From NCBI GenBank assembly GCA_045536015.1, contig JAZSMS010000007.1, forward strand, positions 1-53,637: a stretch of DNA of 53,637 nucleotides, in the 5' to 3' direction. The position numbers and the translations under genes are program-made. The DNA is from Clostridia bacterium (lineage in GTDB: Bacteria > Bacillota > Clostridia > Christensenellales > QALW01). Shown here piece by piece: positions 50,932-53,637 of this stretch (position 1 is the first letter of the stretch; every line of letters begins with the position of its first letter). The notes under the pieces are model-generated. The model had not been told where the DNA came from and made no database searches. It saw only the letters and a program-made list of their open reading frames with translations.

Positions 50932-53637
50932 TTACGTTTCCTCCCATTACTCTTTCTATCTTATCAGCAAATTCTTCTCTCTTACGAGCAATTTCCTGAT
51001 TTATCTTACTTACATATTCAACAAAGGTTGTGTTGGGGTCTGTCTTATTATTAATAACTTCTTTCCAAGCAAACTCAATGTTACGTGCGGTGTAATATCC
51101 ACCGGGAAGCTGCGGAACTGCTCTTGCATGCTTCCATTGTTCACCGATTTCATCCATCGACTTTTTATCCCAAGGCAAGCGCTTGAAAGCTTTAAGGTTT
51201 GCTGTTTCATAACGAGCAGCTGCACCAAGCAAGCTTTCAATTTCAGTACCAAAGCGATACTGTGCATCTTCACCTGTCCACCACTTCATAAATTCCCAAG
51301 CATTTTTAATGCGTTGTCTTCCCTCTTCTGTTGAAGCATCCATCGAAAGCATTACGCAGCCGGTAGTCGTACTTCCGCAGGAGTGGTCAATAACCTGATT
51401 TCCATTTTCATCTAAAATGGGTTTTCCATTTGCGTCATACTGTGGTGTTCCGGGAACCATTGAAAACTCCCAAAGGCCTTGAATTTCAGGTGCAAATACA
51501 GCAAGCTGAGAATACTGGCTATAAGTTGCAAGACCTACCGGAACTTCACCGGTTCTAAAACGGTTTGCAAAGTCATAAGTATTGGGGAGATTATATAAGG
51601 TATAGAACTGAGTCCATTCCTTAAATGCATCAAGAGCAGCATCTGTTGTAAGCTGCGTTGTCGAACGATCATCAGTATAATACTGACCGCCCTTTTGATA
51701 AAGCATCATAGCATACGTCATATTACCTGTACCAACTGCGCCAACAATCGGAACAGGCATAGCAAACGTCATCTGCTGGTTTTGCAATTCGCCAATAATG
51801 GTATAAACGTCATCCCAAGTTTTAGGCGGCTGAAGTCCTAATTCTTCCAATATATCCGTACGATAGAATACCATATAGAAATACTGCATCTCAGGAACAG
51901 CATACGTTTCTTTTCCGAAAGTAAACGGCTCAATCGCACTTGAAGCAAACGTTTCAGTATCAAAAAGAATTTCTTTATAATCAGGGAAAAGTTCTTCGTC
52001 TGCAAGGTTCATAACAGCACCGCGAAGCGCGTAGTTAACTGCCATTTCGGCCGAACGTGCAAGACAAACTTCAGGTCCAATTCCCGATAAGATTGAAGGA
52101 AGTAACGAACCTGCTGCAACCAATCGAGTACTTACGATAATACCTGTTTCATCAGTAAACATATCGTCAGTAAGCTGTTTAAGAATTGTTGCATTATCGC
52201 GCGATCCGGTAAGACCTACGCCAGTTTCAATCCAAACTTCAACGGGCTCTTGTCCGTCAGTAGCAACGGTACCGCCGATGTTATCATAGTCTTCGGTAAA
52301 CGAAGCAACAAACGAGCGAAGCTCGTGCATAAGCTTTTCACCAAAGTTAGCCTTTGAACGAGGCAAACCTTCGTTTTGAAGATTCTCTTCTGTAGTAACG
52401 CAGATATAATCGAGCTCAAGTGGGTTAGCACTTACGTCATTAATCCACGTACCCATCGAAGCAATAGCATCCTTAAAGTCAGTAAACAAGCCACCGATAT
52501 TATAATAGTTTTCATCCATCTGCTCAACAACAAGGGTAATGTTCTTTAAGCTTGAAAGCTGAGCACTTGCACCTTTACCGAAAACTTTAATAAATTCTTC
52601 TTCAAGGGCAATAAGGTTTTGATATTCGGTATTGATAATCTTAAGAGCATCCGGAACCATTACGTCAAACTTATAGTCACGGTTCTGGTCAGGTGATGCG
52701 CCTGTGATCATAAGAATTTTTCTGTATGCAAGGTTAAGCTGAGTAAGCGAAGCCTCTGCCATTGATAAAAGTGCACCAAGGTCTCCAAGAGTAGTCTCAA
52801 GGCGAATGGTGTTTTTGCCCTCTTGCAAATAGAAATAATATGCACCGTTTTCATCACCGATAACGTAATCGGTAAAGTTATTATCGTATGCAAAGCGGAT
52901 ATTTGCAACTTCCTGGCAAGGAAGCTCACCGTTAATTGTAAGCTTACGCGAAGTATACATACCATTCAAGGTGTTTTGTCTTGCTTTAAAGTTGATAGCA
53001 TAAAGACCCGACTTTTCTATCGAAACGGTCCATTCGATCCATTCGTTAGGATTTTCCCACTTATCTGCACCGATAGTGTTGTATCTTATCTTACTTTGAT
53101 GATAAGGTACGCTAAGCGGAGAAGATCTATCGGTAATTGCGTAAAGCGTAGGTGTTGACTTAAGAATCTCGTACGTTACATCTTTTGTTGCATCATACGA
53201 CGTTGTGTCAACAGGATCTATATAATTATTGTACTTATTAATAATACTCTGGGTAAGGAACGCGCTTGAATGTGCTGACGATTCAAACGTTTCAGGGGCA
53301 TGAAGTCCCTCTGCCTGAATGCAAACGGTGTTAACACCCGTTACCTTTGTGTAACCCTTTTGAGAATATTCGTTTACAAGTTCCTGATATGTCGGTGCCG
53401 ATTCAATCTGAGCTATTATTGCCTTTTCTACAATAAAGCCTTCTTTAATAGCTTCAAACGTAAGAGTATGAGTACCCTCGCTAAAGTAGAAAACAAACGG
53501 CTCCTGCTCATAACCCATATAGTCTCTTACCGCAAGCAACTGCCATTGAGGTGCTTCCATCTGGTAAGGACGTTTTTCATTGTTGGTCTGAGAATCTACA
53601 CCAATTAACGACGCATCCTTCCAAACACGTTCAAAGT
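50924..53637 (-). CDS. Oversized extracellular solute-binding protein with an N-terminal beta-sandwich-like extension; the 5' end lies beyond the right edge
   Basis: The frame stays open upstream of the listed ATG 53560 as far as position 53637 (...FERVWKDASLIGVDSQTNNEKRPYQMEAPQ...). The C-terminal ~430 aa resemble a family-1 sugar SBP. The N-terminal ~300 aa contain two similar segments (GTHTLTFEAIKEGFIVEKAII and GKNTIRLETTLGDLG). Confidence 0.75.
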   Translation of the reverse strand, partial: FERVWKDASLIGVDSQTNNEKRPYQMEAPQWQLLAVRDYMGYEQEPFVFYFSEGTHTLTFEAIKEGFIVEKAIIAQIESAPTYQELVNEYSQKGYTKVTGVNTVCIQAEGLHAPETFESSAHSSAFLTQSIINKYNNYIDPVDTTSYDATKDVTYEILKSTPTLYAITDRSSPLSVPYHQSKIRYNTIGADKWENPNEWIEWTVSIEKSGLYAINFKARQNTLNGMYTSRKLTINGELPCQEVANIRFAYDNNFTDYVIGDENGAYYFYLQEGKNTIRLETTLGDLGALLSMAEASLTQLNLAYRKILMITGASPDQNRDYKFDVMVPDALKIINTEYQNLIALEEEFIKVFGKGASAQLSSLKNITLVVEQMDENYYNIGGLFTDFKDAIASMGTWINDVSANPLELDYICVTTEENLQNEGLPRSKANFGEKLMHELRSFVASFTEDYDNIGGTVATDGQEPVEVWIETGVGLTGSRDNATILKQLTDDMFTDETGIIVSTRLVAAGSLLPSILSGIGPEVCLARSAEMAVNYALRGAVMNLADEELFPDYKEILFDTETFASSAIEPFTFGKETYAVPEMQYFYMVFYRTDILEELGLQPPKTWDDVYTIIGELQNQQMTFAMPVPIVGAVGTGNMTYAMMLYQKGGQYYTDDRSTTQLTTDAALDAFKEWTQFYTLYNLPNTYDFANRFRTGEVPVGLATYSQYSQLAVFAPEIQGLWEFSMVPGTPQYDANGKPILDENGNQVIDHSCGSTTTGCVMLSMDASTEEGRQRIKNAWEFMKWWTGEDAQYRFGTEIESLLGAAARYETANLKAFKRLPWDKKSMDEIGEQWKHARAVPQLPGGYYTARNIEFAWKEVINNKTDPNTTFVEYVSKINQEIARKREEFADKIERVMGGNVNG

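Noticed and set aside
1-53637. CRISPR arrays, tRNA/rRNA genes, IS elements, integrases and toxin-antitoxin or known defence cassettes
   Set aside because: Intergenic regions are short (mostly under 250 nt) and were read on both strands. I found only promoters, terminators, the SRP RNA and the two small genes reported above. There are no spaced direct-repeat arrays, cloverleaf-capable GC-rich segments or transposase/recombinase motifs.

Overview
A 53.6-kb chromosomal segment from a low-GC, endospore-forming Firmicute that looks Clostridia-like. Supporting markers are sigK with a pro-sequence, csfB/gin, a DnaD-domain plus DnaI-type loader pair, tilS-hpt-ftsH synteny and obg ... nadD-yqeK-rsfS synteny. 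Most of the window is housekeeping: an M1 peptidase, replication loader genes, tilS, hpt, ftsH, SRP RNA, tyrS, a glmM-like gene, a two-component system, mutS2, pgi, nadD, obg, nth, glyQS, sigK and pgcA. I saw no tRNA, rRNA, CRISPR array, transposase or integrase. Four real features are missing from the ORF track: (1) a collagen-like Gly-X-Y gene open to the left edge (1-566, minus); (2) a short SRP RNA at 8801-8928, which also shows the 8832 ORF start is an artefact; (3) a 36-codon peptide gene at 39089-39199 (minus) with its own consensus promoter and terminator; (4) a 54-codon Gin/CsfB anti-sigma-G gene at 41776-41940. The main candidate for a new system is the divergent locus at about 35.7-41.7 kb. 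It holds a YxxP-leader small peptide, a PqqD-type RiPP recognition element, a soluble SipW-like (Ser/His) S26 peptidase, an HprK-like P-loop kinase and an NTase-fold protein. Sugar-activation genes are interleaved with these: a NahK-like kinase, a GlmU N-terminal-domain-only uridylyltransferase and an orphan RmlA, with PgcA alongside. There is no lasso cyclase, radical SAM enzyme or classical glycosyltransferase, so I infer a cyclase-less pathway that phosphorylates and/or glycosylates the peptide. A second unusual unit is a tightly packed minus-strand operon of at least 11.6 kb (41979-53637). It has two MalFG-type permease pairs, one oversized solute-binding protein, a 919-aa lipoprotein, a Yip1-like membrane protein and an NHL/TPR membrane-anchored protein, but no ATPase in the window. 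Other notable items are an XRE-HTH::GlmM fusion with an inverted repeat bracketing its own -35 hexamer, a class B sortase fused to an SH3b-like domain and a Pro/Thr tail, and a ThyX-fold protein with a degenerate ThyX motif.
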